Below, piece after piece: positions 18,388-27,786 of a DNA stretch of 64,000 nucleotides. The first letter of the stretch is position 1. Every line of letters starts with the position of its first letter. The position numbers were made by a program, and so were the translations under genes. The notes beneath the pieces are model-generated. The model searched no databases. It saw only the letters and a program-made list of their open reading frames with translations, and was not told where the DNA came from. Source of the DNA: Croceivirga sp. (GTDB lineage: Bacteria; Bacteroidota; Bacteroidia; Flavobacteriales; Flavobacteriaceae); contig OZ246014.1 of the NCBI GenBank assembly GCA_965230555.1, positions 3,091,119 to 3,155,118 of the forward strand, read 5' to 3'.

Positions 18388-19806
18388 TTATTTTTCTATA
18401 ACCCCATACCGGGCAGTGTCCAGATATTTAGCTATTAACTTATTGAACTCAGGAGAGACCCGCAAAAGGGCGGTATGCTCAATACTGTAGAGTTGGTCCC
18501 TATCCTTATACCCTCTTTTCAATGCTTCTTCCAAATAGAACAATGCCGTACCGAAATCTTCGTATTTGGAACTCATCGATATGACATCAAGGTAAAACTT
18601 GAAATTTTCAGGTTCGGTAATGGTCTTTAGCATTGAAAGAAAAATGACGGCCTCATCATCAACCTCGTCTTGGGTATTGACCATGTCCAGATTATCATCA
18701 ACCAGGGCATTGACAAAGCCAACCAAACGTCTGCCCATTTGCCGTTGGCTCTTGTTTTCACTGTCTACAAACTTCTGCAACTCTGCCATTTGATAGTTCC
18801 ACCAGCCCAGATTACTGTAATTGAATGTAGCCAGATCCTCTTCAAGGGCAAAAAGATAGTCTTCTTGCAAAAAGCTTTCCTTAAAGCGTGCTGCATCTTC
18901 CTCACGCTTTTTTATCCTATAAAGTTTTGATTTTTTTAATTCCTTTTGAGCATTCTCTATGGAATCTACAGCTATTAAATCCCGAAAAGCATTTTGCATT
19001 TCTGTTAGTTCCCTATAGGCCAGGAGTTCTTTTTTTTCATTGAGCAATTGCTGTACATCGGCAATACCCCGTTTCAGGACTTTTTCAATATAAACAGTGT
19101 CCTTTTCCGCAAAACCCCTTGCCATTGCCCTAAGCGTAAAATAATGAAGGGCCTTGCCCATATACGCTTCCGGAGGCCATTGTTTGCCCCCATCAAAAAC
19201 CAGAATATTGTTATCCAGTTTAAGCCTGTTGAACATCGCTTCTGTCTCCAAGACTTCCGGGTAGCTAAAGTCTTCTTTCCCCACAATCCCTATAAAGTGA
19301 AATGGGGATTTTTTAGAAATCATATCAGAATTAGGTATGGCCGCACCACAGGAAACCACACCTTCAATGCTCTTGAACACTAAGGGAGCTACATTTGCCA
19401 AACGGGCTCCATTGTCAAACCCAGCAGCATAGACACGACCTGCATTTATTGGCAATAATTTTTCTAGCTTGGTCAAAAGCCTTCCTGTGCGAACCATATT
19501 CTCGGACAAGGAAAGTGAATCATGAATAGCATTTGAGGCCACCAAAATATACCCCTGCTCTTCTGCGTGTTTGGAAAAAAACGATACCGCCTGCTTTCCC
19601 CTACCCTTGGGATCAAACACAACCAACAAAGGCCATTTGCCCTTATTCTCAAACTTTGTGGGAAGAAATAACGAAAAACTTTCAGGAATCGAGTCCAAAA
19701 CTGGCATTGAGTCTATAACCACTCCTTTTTTTAATCGCATTTGTTGGCTGAAAAGCAATGTTTGAAAAAAGCCAACTACCAGAATAATCAAAATTTTTCT
19801 CGCCAT
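18388..19806 (-). CDS. Secreted hypothetical protein: N-terminal esterase-like alpha/beta fold plus a C-terminal helical (TPR-like) region
   Basis: Signal peptide; WPLLVVFDPKGRG...AAGFDNGA resembles carboxylesterase/PHB-depolymerase-type hydrolases. The C-terminal 230 aa are helical. Confidence 0.45.
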   Translation of the reverse strand: MARKILIILVVGFFQTLLFSQQMRLKKGVVIDSMPVLDSIPESFSLFLPTKFENKGKWPLLVVFDPKGRGKQAVSFFSKHAEEQGYILVASNAIHDSLSLSENMVRTGRLLTKLEKLLPINAGRVYAAGFDNGARLANVAPLVFKSIEGVVSCGAAIPNSDMISKKSPFHFIGIVGKEDFSYPEVLETEAMFNRLKLDNNILVFDGGKQWPPEAYMGKALHYFTLRAMARGFAEKDTVYIEKVLKRGIADVQQLLNEKKELLAYRELTEMQNAFRDLIAVDSIENAQKELKKSKLYRIKKREEDAARFKESFLQEDYLFALEEDLATFNYSNLGWWNYQMAELQKFVDSENKSQRQMGRRLVGFVNALVDDNLDMVNTQDEVDDEAVIFLSMLKTITEPENFKFYLDVISMSSKYEDFGTALFYLEEALKRGYKDRDQLYSIEHTALLRVSPEFNKLIAKYLDTARYGVIEK

Positions 19807-19855
19807 ATCCTATTACCATCAAAAATCTCGCCAAAACTTAACATTCAAAAAACAA

Positions 19856-20305
19856 TTATGGTTTTACCACAGGTGCATTGGAAATAATGTCTGAAAGAAC
19901 AATGTGCGTACGGGCCTCCCCATAGGTGATCAAGGTATCAATAAATTGTTCCAGATGATGTTGGTTATCCAATACCACTTCCATAATAATGTTTTCATTA
20001 CCGGTAATCCTATAACAGTTGAGCACCTCATCAAAACTTTTCACCTTTTGAAGAAAGGGCTTCAACTTGCCCACAAACGCGCGTAACGTTATAATTGCCC
20101 GTAACTGATACCCCAATTCATCGTATGACACCACAGGTTTGTACCCGTTAATGATTCCAGCATTTTCCATCTTGCTCACACGTTCCGCAACGGCCGGTGA
20201 GGTAAGGCCCACCTTTTTACCGATGCTCACAAAAGACTCCCTGGCATTGGCCTGTAGGCATTGTAAAATCTTCCAGTTTAATTCATCCATATATTTCAAA
20301 TACAA
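19856..20305 (-). CDS. Lrp/AsnC family transcriptional regulator
   Basis: 149 aa, N-terminal HTH (LDELNWKILQCLQANARESFVSIGKKVGLTSPAVAERV), C-terminal RAM domain. Confidence 0.9.
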   Translation of the reverse strand: MYLKYMDELNWKILQCLQANARESFVSIGKKVGLTSPAVAERVSKMENAGIINGYKPVVSYDELGYQLRAIITLRAFVGKLKPFLQKVKSFDEVLNCYRITGNENIIMEVVLDNQHHLEQFIDTLITYGEARTHIVLSDIISNAPVVKP

Positions 20306-20414
20306 CTCCTCTAAATTATTTAATTTTTAAATTAAAAAACAATTCTTATTTTAAATTTTAAATATTTTTCTCTGATTTTGAATGTAATTTTATATCAAAT
20401 TGTTACTGAAAAAA

Positions 20415-20810
20415 ATGAAGAGTTTTAATCATCAATCTTCAACTGTTTACCAACAATCCTTAGCCATTTCCGATTTGGGAAGGGCCATTGCCTCCTATTT
20501 TTCAGTGGACCTCAATCCCCAGCAATTGACAAGGAGTTCCGGGCTGCGCAGTGAAATAGCATTTTCGCTGCACCATGACGCTTTATTGATTCCAAAAACC
20601 ATTGACAATGCTGTAAAATCAGACTCAAGGGAATATCGTCTTAAGCAGATGACCTTTCTAAATACCATTTTAAAGAACATACTCTCCTACTGCAATGGCC
20701 TTGAACGAGATGGGGTCAAAGAGCGAGAATATGTAAACCTTTTGCGTTCTGAAATTAAATTATTCCGAAAGTCATTTAAGACTTGGAGAAGGTCATTCTA
20801 CTCCAAATAA
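20415..20810 (+). CDS. Hypothetical protein
   Basis: ORF divergent from the Lrp gene; ATG chosen at MKSFNHQ. No family recognised. Confidence 0.35.
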   Translation: MKSFNHQSSTVYQQSLAISDLGRAIASYFSVDLNPQQLTRSSGLRSEIAFSLHHDALLIPKTIDNAVKSDSREYRLKQMTFLNTILKNILSYCNGLERDGVKEREYVNLLRSEIKLFRKSFKTWRRSFYSK

Positions 20811-20895
20811 GCACCATAAATCCTTTCTCTTTACAAATCCATTCTTTTTGATCGGCAACAAATCTTAATTTTGGTGTTTATCTAATCCACTTATT

Positions 20896-21744
20896 GTGAA
20901 CCATATCATTTTAATTAATTGCAAGGACCAATCTGGAATCATTAGTTCTGTCACCAACTTTATCTTTTATCATAAAGGCAATGTTGTATATCTGGATCAG
21001 CATGTTGACAAGGAAGCAGGGATATTTTTTATGCGGATAGAATCTGAATTCCCAAAAAGCTTCGACAAAACAGCTTTTATCAATGAATTCAGGGATTCTA
21101 TTGCAGAAAGATATACCATGACCTGGAACATCTACCCCATTGATTTTTCACCCAAAATGGCCCTGTTTGTCTCCAAATACAATCACTGTCTGTATGATTT
21201 GTTAAGCCGCTACAAATCTGGGGAACTAAACGTTCAGATTCCCTTTATATTGAGCAATCATATCGATTTAAACTATATCGCGGACCAATTTGACATACCC
21301 TATCACCACATTCCCGTGACCAAGGGTTCCAAAGATCAGGCAGAAGATGCCCAACTTAGCCTTCTCATGGAGCACAAGGTAGATTTTATTGTACTTGCCC
21401 GCTACATGCAGATTGTCTCCCCTAAACTTATTGATCAATTCCCCAACAAGATCATTAACATCCACCATTCATTTTTACCTGCCTTTGCTGGCGCAAGACC
21501 GTACCATGCCGCATTTAATAGGGGGGTCAAGATTATTGGGGCCACGAGCCACTATGTGACCGAAGAACTCGATGCCGGCCCCATCATTGAACAAGATGTT
21601 GTTCCTGTATCCCATTCACACAGTATCAATGATTTTATTGCCAAGGGAAGGGATTTGGAAAAAATTGTATTATCCAGAGCCGTAAAACTCCATGTAGAGA
21701 GGAAAACCATGGTTTACAACAACAAGACCGTTATTTTCTCTTGA
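20896..21744 (+). CDS. purU: Formyltetrahydrofolate deformylase
   Basis: N-terminal ACT domain, formyltransferase core (IINIHHSFLPAFAGARPYHAA, HYVTEELDAGPII). GTG start. Confidence 0.9.
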   Translation: MNHIILINCKDQSGIISSVTNFIFYHKGNVVYLDQHVDKEAGIFFMRIESEFPKSFDKTAFINEFRDSIAERYTMTWNIYPIDFSPKMALFVSKYNHCLYDLLSRYKSGELNVQIPFILSNHIDLNYIADQFDIPYHHIPVTKGSKDQAEDAQLSLLMEHKVDFIVLARYMQIVSPKLIDQFPNKIINIHHSFLPAFAGARPYHAAFNRGVKIIGATSHYVTEELDAGPIIEQDVVPVSHSHSINDFIAKGRDLEKIVLSRAVKLHVERKTMVYNNKTVIFS

Positions 21745-21923
21745 TACAACCCTGAAACAGTTTTGTTATTTTCACAAAATAATTTAAGAAATTAAACGTT
21801 ATAGTCATTGTGAACAATGCAATTATAACATATTGCTAAAGTTTCCTTAACCTGTCATAGAAAGCTTTATATAAATTTTGCATACTATTATCTGAGTTAG
21901 CATTTTTTGAGTTAGTTAGTTTT

Positions 21924-21950
21924 AAAACCGGTCTCTTGGCCGGTTTTTTT
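21924..21950 (+). terminator. Rho-independent terminator about 180 nt downstream of purU
   Basis: AAAACCGG-TCTCTTGG-CCGGTTTT followed by a T-run. Confidence 0.65.
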
Positions 21951-22132
21951 AGTTTCAATTCATTCATCCCACCAAACTAGAAGCACTCATTTTTCATACA
22001 ATCCATCTTCTTGGGGCATGGGTAAACTTTTATCGGGGCTTACTTTTTTAAGTTTTGGTTAACAATTTAGACATCCAATTTTATTACCTTGTTTAAATTA
22101 CTAATTCATCAATCAATCGAAAACGGCAATTA

Positions 22133-23638
22133 TTGAAGCGGTTAGTCCTTATATTGTTGCTTTTACAGTCTGTTTTTTTGTGGGGTTTTACCAACCATGG
22201 ATTTACGGAAAAAGGTTTTGCTGCTCCCTCCTTTCAGGACTCAATCCAGTGGGCAGACTATTACTACAATGTCCTGAGGTTTGAAAAGGCAATTCCTATT
22301 TACAAGAAAAACTTAGAGCAGTCCACTACAGAAGAAAAAGAAAGAATCTTAAAAAAGTTGGCCCTTAGTGAAGCGGCCTTAGAGCATCCTTCCGAGTCTT
22401 TGTCTTACATTTATGATTATTTGCTCTTAGACTTTCAACCTTCATTTTTACTACATGAAGGTTTCGATGAAATTAGGGAAACGGAAAAATTCAACAAGGT
22501 TTCCAATAGGCTTATCCCTAAAATCACTTTTTGGTCTATATCTTACTTTTTTATTGCCCTAATTGGAGGCTTTGTCATCCTCTCCATACTGTTGAACAAA
22601 AAAATTGAAAAGCTTTCTAAAATTCTAATAGCCGCTTTTGTCCTCATACATTCTGTATTTATACTCAATATTTCGATAACCATTTCGAATTATGTGTTCG
22701 TATATCCCCACACCTATCTCATGTCCACTTGGTCATCTTTTTTGTACGGCCCTTTGCTTTTTTTATATTTTAAACGTGTTTCCAATCAGGCAGAATTCAA
22801 ACTTTATGATCTTTGGCATTTATTGCCCACCATCATTTTAACGGTATACGTCACCTTTACCATATACATAGATTCTGGTAGTGTCAAAATAAAAGATATG
22901 CTTATCCGTTTGCGAGACGGTCTATCCCCTGAAGACTCTATACTATTAACAATTGCGGTAATCTTGAAAACCCTTTTCTTAATTCTATACGCCTATTTCA
23001 TCCACCTTCAAATTTTAAAGGGAAAGAATTCTGAACTAAACTCCAAAACGAAGATTTGGCAAAGAAATATTTATGCTATACACCTTTTTTATATTGTAAC
23101 TTACGTAGTTTATGGCGCCACAATATTACAACAGATTCACAACGGCCTTCTTTTTCATGCACCACTCATATTGATGGCCACCATGGTACTTTATATAGGC
23201 TACGCCGCTAATGCACAACCCCACGTTTTTAATGGCTTGCAGTCCTCTAATAATATGCTCTTTCCAAAATATCTTAAATCTGGACTCACAGAGAGCTTAT
23301 CATGTGAACTTAAGGAAGATTTGCTTGATCTATTCCATCATCAAAAAATATATCGTAGAAATGACATCAATTTGGATCTGGTAGCAGAAAAATTGAATAC
23401 AAGCCGGCACAATGCCTCACAAATAATCAATGAACAGTTTAAAATGAATTTTCATGAAATGGTCAACAAATACAGAATAGACGAAGCAAAGGAACTCTTA
23501 CAAAAAGAACAAGACGCTACCATCATTGACATTGCCTATGAGGTTGGCTACAACAATAAAGTATCGTTCAACAAGGCCTTTAAAAAAGACACACAGCTTA
23601 CCCCAACCCAATACCTAGAACACCTGAAAGAAAGCTGA
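22133..23638 (+). CDS. Membrane-bound AraC-family regulator (periplasmic TPR-like region, about 7 TM, C-terminal HTH)
   Basis: Signal/TM N-terminus, multiple hydrophobic helices between aa 135 and 370, AraC-type HTH (IIDIAYEVGYNNKVSFNKAFKKDTQLTPTQY). Confidence 0.75.
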   Translation: MKRLVLILLLLQSVFLWGFTNHGFTEKGFAAPSFQDSIQWADYYYNVLRFEKAIPIYKKNLEQSTTEEKERILKKLALSEAALEHPSESLSYIYDYLLLDFQPSFLLHEGFDEIRETEKFNKVSNRLIPKITFWSISYFFIALIGGFVILSILLNKKIEKLSKILIAAFVLIHSVFILNISITISNYVFVYPHTYLMSTWSSFLYGPLLFLYFKRVSNQAEFKLYDLWHLLPTIILTVYVTFTIYIDSGSVKIKDMLIRLRDGLSPEDSILLTIAVILKTLFLILYAYFIHLQILKGKNSELNSKTKIWQRNIYAIHLFYIVTYVVYGATILQQIHNGLLFHAPLILMATMVLYIGYAANAQPHVFNGLQSSNNMLFPKYLKSGLTESLSCELKEDLLDLFHHQKIYRRNDINLDLVAEKLNTSRHNASQIINEQFKMNFHEMVNKYRIDEAKELLQKEQDATIIDIAYEVGYNNKVSFNKAFKKDTQLTPTQYLEHLKES

Positions 23639-23722
23639 ATGGAGTAAATTCTTATCGGGAATACCTGAATTACAACGATTTGTCGGTAACTATGAACATC
23701 AATCAAAAAATCGCAAATCCAA

Positions 23723-24205
23723 ATGAAACAGCTTCTCAAGCGAATGGTACAGAAGTACCTAAAGGAAGAAGAGCAGAAACTGCTCGCCGAAAACCATCAA
23801 AAAAAGTATAAAAAATCAGGGCTCACTTATCAGCAGGCCATAGAGATCCGAGAAAAAATCAAACAGGCCTTTGAGGGTAACAAACTCTATCGGAAAAATG
23901 ATCTAAGTCTAGATGAGTTGGCCAAACATATTGATTACAATAGATATAAAGTCTCTGAGGTCATCAATACGTATTTCTCAAAAAACTATTATACCCTTTT
24001 AAACCACTATAGAATTGAGGAAGCCAAGGAATTATTGGCCTCGGACACCTATTTAAGTGTAAAGGCTATTATGTATGAAGTAGGTTTTAACAGCAAGAAT
24101 AGTTTTTATTCCGCATTCAAGAAACATACAGGGCTTAGCCCCAATGACTATAGGAACCTGGCCGTATACGACACCCGTCCCTCAAGCCAACTTGAAGTCA
24201 TATAG
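23723..24205 (+). CDS. Short AraC-family HTH protein (output domain only)
   Basis: 160 aa; aa 30-150 are paralogous to the C-terminus of the preceding gene (KKSGLT..., YRIEEAKELL, MYEVGFNSKNSFYSAFKKHTGLSPNDY). Confidence 0.7.
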   Translation: MKQLLKRMVQKYLKEEEQKLLAENHQKKYKKSGLTYQQAIEIREKIKQAFEGNKLYRKNDLSLDELAKHIDYNRYKVSEVINTYFSKNYYTLLNHYRIEEAKELLASDTYLSVKAIMYEVGFNSKNSFYSAFKKHTGLSPNDYRNLAVYDTRPSSQLEVI

Positions 24206-24245
24206 CAAGCAAATTTTAACATGTAATACCCAACCACCCCAAACG

Positions 24246-24283
24246 CACAAAGCCTTCATTTTTAAACCAATGAAGGCTTTGTG
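24246..24283 (+). terminator. Perfect 15-bp hairpin terminator
   Basis: CACAAAGCCTTCATT-TTTAAACC-AATGAAGGCTTTGTG. Confidence 0.7.
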
Positions 24284-24590
24284 TTAATTCAATTCCCGAG
24301 ATATGTTAATTTTAACAAATACTTTAGTTAAAAAAAGTACTTCCTCTTGGGCAGTGACCTACCAATAGTTCTTTCCGTTGCAAAAGTACTCATTGTTAAA
24401 AGCTTATGAATTCTTTTGTTAAGCAATTGTAAAGGTAGGGCGGTGAGAGGCCTTACTTCTAAAAAACAAAAAGATTCCAATTAAGTTTTGTTTACTTCTT
24501 AAGAAGTATTTTTTGAATTAGCTATTCTACCGTCTTTATCCGCCCTCCTTTCTCAGTTGCACTAACTCATTACAAACTAATTCTATTCGT

Positions 24591-27500
24591 ATGAAAGTAA
24601 AAAAAATGTCGAGGGCATTGATTGCAATTTTCAGTACAATTGCATTCGCATTCGCCCAAGAAAAGACGGTTACGGGTACCGTAATCGACCAATTTGGCAT
24701 TCCACTTCCTGGGGTGAACATCCTTGTTGAAGGAACAACAAATGGTACACAAACTGACTTTGATGGCAATTACACTATCAAAGCAAGCCAAGGCCAAGTC
24801 CTTGTCTTTACCTATTTAGGTCTAAAAACCACCAAACGGACTGTAGGTTCCGGGAACGTCATCAATGTTGCAATGGAAGAAGATGCCCAAGCTTTGGAAG
24901 AAGTTGTGGTAGTAGCTTACGGTAGCCAAAAAAGAGAGTCCATTACGGGATCCATCAGTATCATTGATGCCGAACAAATTGAGAACACTAGTTTCTCCAA
25001 TCCGGCCAAAAGCCTGGAAGGTTTGGTTTCCGGACTTCGGGTTATTCAAGCAGATGGGCAACCTGGTTCCGACCCTATAATCCGGATTAGAGGTTTCGGA
25101 TCTATAAACGCCTCTAGCGCCCCCCTAATCGTTCTAGATGGAGTGCCCTATTCTGGAGCCTTGAGCAGCATCAATCCGCAGGATATCGAATCCACCACTG
25201 TTTTAAAAGATGCCTCTTCCACATCACTATATGGCAACAAGGCCTCCAACGGTGTTTTAATGATCACCACAAAAAAAGGTGCCAAAAATAGAAAACCACA
25301 AATCACCATAGACACGAGATATGGTATTACACAGAGAGCTGCCAAAGAGTATGATATCATAGAAACCCCTAAAGAGTTTTATGAGTCCTACCACAGCGTA
25401 TTGGCCAACTCAGAGTTTCAAAGACAAAGCGCTGCTGGTACTCCCATAACTGTTGAAGAAGCCAGACAATTTGCCTCAAACAACTTAATTCCCAGCCTTG
25501 GTTACAATGTTTACAATGTCCCGGACGCAGAATTAATAGACCCCACTACCGGTAGACTTAACAGTGCCGCGGTTCTACAAGTCGATGATAAATGGGAAGA
25601 TGCCTTATTTAGGGATACGGCCTCCTTTAGCTCCACCAACCTTAATATTTCTGGCGGTTCAGAGAATATTGACTACTATTTCTCCTTGGGAACGGAAGAA
25701 AATAACGGGTATACGGTAAGAAGTAATTTCGAAAGACATACTGCCCGTCTAAAGGTCAATGCTTCCAATATTGCCAAAATATTCACCATAAGTGGAGATG
25801 TCTCCTATGCAAAGTCCAACAGTCAAGCAGTGCCAGCCACTATAAGTGTCAATGGCTTACCCACAACTAACTTTGCCAATGCTTTCTTTTGGACCAGAAG
25901 AATCGCCCCAATTTATCCAGTTTACCAGTATGATGAAAATTGGAACCCTATTTTAGACCCTAATAACCCAAGTGGTTTTGCTTATGACTTTGGCGTTCCT
26001 CAGATTTTTCCCAGTGGGGCAAGCAGGGGGCCCAGAAATTATGCCGTTGGAGAGCACCCCCTTGCCGTTATAGAAAACACTACCGAAACCAATGAAAGGG
26101 ACAATTTCAATGGTGCCTTTAGGGCAAAAGTAGACTTACCCTTAGGTTTTAAGTTCGAATATGTCATGAATTATTTGACCGAAGTGGACCAAGGCACCGA
26201 TTTCACAAAGCCGGGAGCTGGCGCTTTTGCCGCGGCCAATAATGGATTGTTGACCAATAACAGGGACAACTTCACCGCTTTTACCAATCAACAGTTATTG
26301 ACTTGGAAAAAAGATGACGGCACCCATAGTTTTGATGCCCTTTTAGGCCACGAAACCTACAAAGAGACCTTTACAACACTTGAACTTGAAAAAAGAAACA
26401 TAATCGGAAATTTCAGCCCCATATTGGACAACACCTCTGTATACTCCAGTGCGAGCAACTACAATTCCCAGTATAGGACTGAAGGTTATTTTTCTAGATT
26501 TATCTATGGCTACGATAACACTTATTATCTAAATCTAACGGGTAGATATGACGCCTCTTCCGTTTTTCATCCAGATGAACGTTGGGGAGCTTTTTGGTCT
26601 GCTGGGGCATCATGGATCTTAAGCAACGAGAGCTTTTTGGAAAACTCCAATACCATTGACTATGCCAAGCTATCTGCAAACTATGGTACCACGGGTAACG
26701 ATAGAATCCTCTATCCGGATACCCTGGGGAGAAACTACTTGGCCTATGAAAACCAATATGAAATAGGTGAGAGCAATGGTGAATTGACACAGACCCTTCG
26801 TTACCTGGGGGACAGGTCAATAACATGGGAAAAAGCAGCCAGTCTTGATGTTTCTTATGAAATGAGTCTATTCAACCAACTAAGCCTTTCCTTAGGATAC
26901 TATAGAAAGAAATCAGAAGACCTATTGTTCAACAACCCAATTGGACCATCCACAGGAAGAGGTTCCAGACCCCAAAATTTTGGATCTATGGTCAACAGTG
27001 GATTTGAAACCGAAGTAGCATGGAATGTCGTAAACAAGGAGAAAGTCAACATTAGTTTCAACGCCAACCTGTCTACCCTAAAAAATGAAATTACCGAACT
27101 CCCCAGGGACTCCATACAGTCTGGCAATTTTAGAAGGGTCGTTGGAAAAAGCATTTTTGACTACTTTATGGTCAGGTCGGCCGGTGTAAACCCTGACAAC
27201 GGAAATGCACAGTATTACGATATAGATGGCAACATTACAGAAGATTATGCCACTGCTGTAGCAGGAAGACAATTTCAAAATAAAACGGCTATCCCCGATG
27301 CGTTTGGTGGCTTTGGAACAAATATCCAAGTAGGAAAGTTTTCATTGGGACTACAATTCGCCTACCAGATAGGGGGATATGGGATTGACAACGAATACTT
27401 TGGACTATTGGGCGCAACCCAAAATGTGACCAACTTTCCCGATTACGATGAAACATGGACACTAGACAATCCCACGGCCAACTTGCCGAGGGTTGACCCC

Positions 27501-27776
27501 TTAAGCCCTGACCAGTATCGACTTTCAGATCTTTGGTTGGTGGATCTAAGCTATTTAAGCCTAAACAACATTAACCTCGGCTATGTTCTAGATCTTGATG
27601 TGTTAAAAAAATACCACATAGACAGTATTAGGTTCTATGCAACAATGAACAACGCATTCTTACTATATAGTGCCAGACAGGGATATGATCCTCGCCTCAA
27701 TTCAGTAGGCTCGTCATCAGCAGAATATGGCGCCAATAGAACAACCGCTTTTGGTGTGAAATTAAATCTAAATTAA
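24591..27776 (+). CDS. SusC/RagA-family TonB-dependent outer-membrane transporter
   Basis: 1061 aa; signal peptide, carboxypeptidase-regulatory-like domain (TVTGTVIDQFGIPLPGVNILVEGT), plug (PLIVLDGVPY...NGVLMITTKKG), C-terminal barrel. Confidence 0.95.
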   Translation: MKVKKMSRALIAIFSTIAFAFAQEKTVTGTVIDQFGIPLPGVNILVEGTTNGTQTDFDGNYTIKASQGQVLVFTYLGLKTTKRTVGSGNVINVAMEEDAQALEEVVVVAYGSQKRESITGSISIIDAEQIENTSFSNPAKSLEGLVSGLRVIQADGQPGSDPIIRIRGFGSINASSAPLIVLDGVPYSGALSSINPQDIESTTVLKDASSTSLYGNKASNGVLMITTKKGAKNRKPQITIDTRYGITQRAAKEYDIIETPKEFYESYHSVLANSEFQRQSAAGTPITVEEARQFASNNLIPSLGYNVYNVPDAELIDPTTGRLNSAAVLQVDDKWEDALFRDTASFSSTNLNISGGSENIDYYFSLGTEENNGYTVRSNFERHTARLKVNASNIAKIFTISGDVSYAKSNSQAVPATISVNGLPTTNFANAFFWTRRIAPIYPVYQYDENWNPILDPNNPSGFAYDFGVPQIFPSGASRGPRNYAVGEHPLAVIENTTETNERDNFNGAFRAKVDLPLGFKFEYVMNYLTEVDQGTDFTKPGAGAFAAANNGLLTNNRDNFTAFTNQQLLTWKKDDGTHSFDALLGHETYKETFTTLELEKRNIIGNFSPILDNTSVYSSASNYNSQYRTEGYFSRFIYGYDNTYYLNLTGRYDASSVFHPDERWGAFWSAGASWILSNESFLENSNTIDYAKLSANYGTTGNDRILYPDTLGRNYLAYENQYEIGESNGELTQTLRYLGDRSITWEKAASLDVSYEMSLFNQLSLSLGYYRKKSEDLLFNNPIGPSTGRGSRPQNFGSMVNSGFETEVAWNVVNKEKVNISFNANLSTLKNEITELPRDSIQSGNFRRVVGKSIFDYFMVRSAGVNPDNGNAQYYDIDGNITEDYATAVAGRQFQNKTAIPDAFGGFGTNIQVGKFSLGLQFAYQIGGYGIDNEYFGLLGATQNVTNFPDYDETWTLDNPTANLPRVDPLSPDQYRLSDLWLVDLSYLSLNNINLGYVLDLDVLKKYHIDSIRFYATMNNAFLLYSARQGYDPRLNSVGSSSAEYGANRTTAFGVKLNLN

Positions 27777-27786
27777 AAAATTGGTT

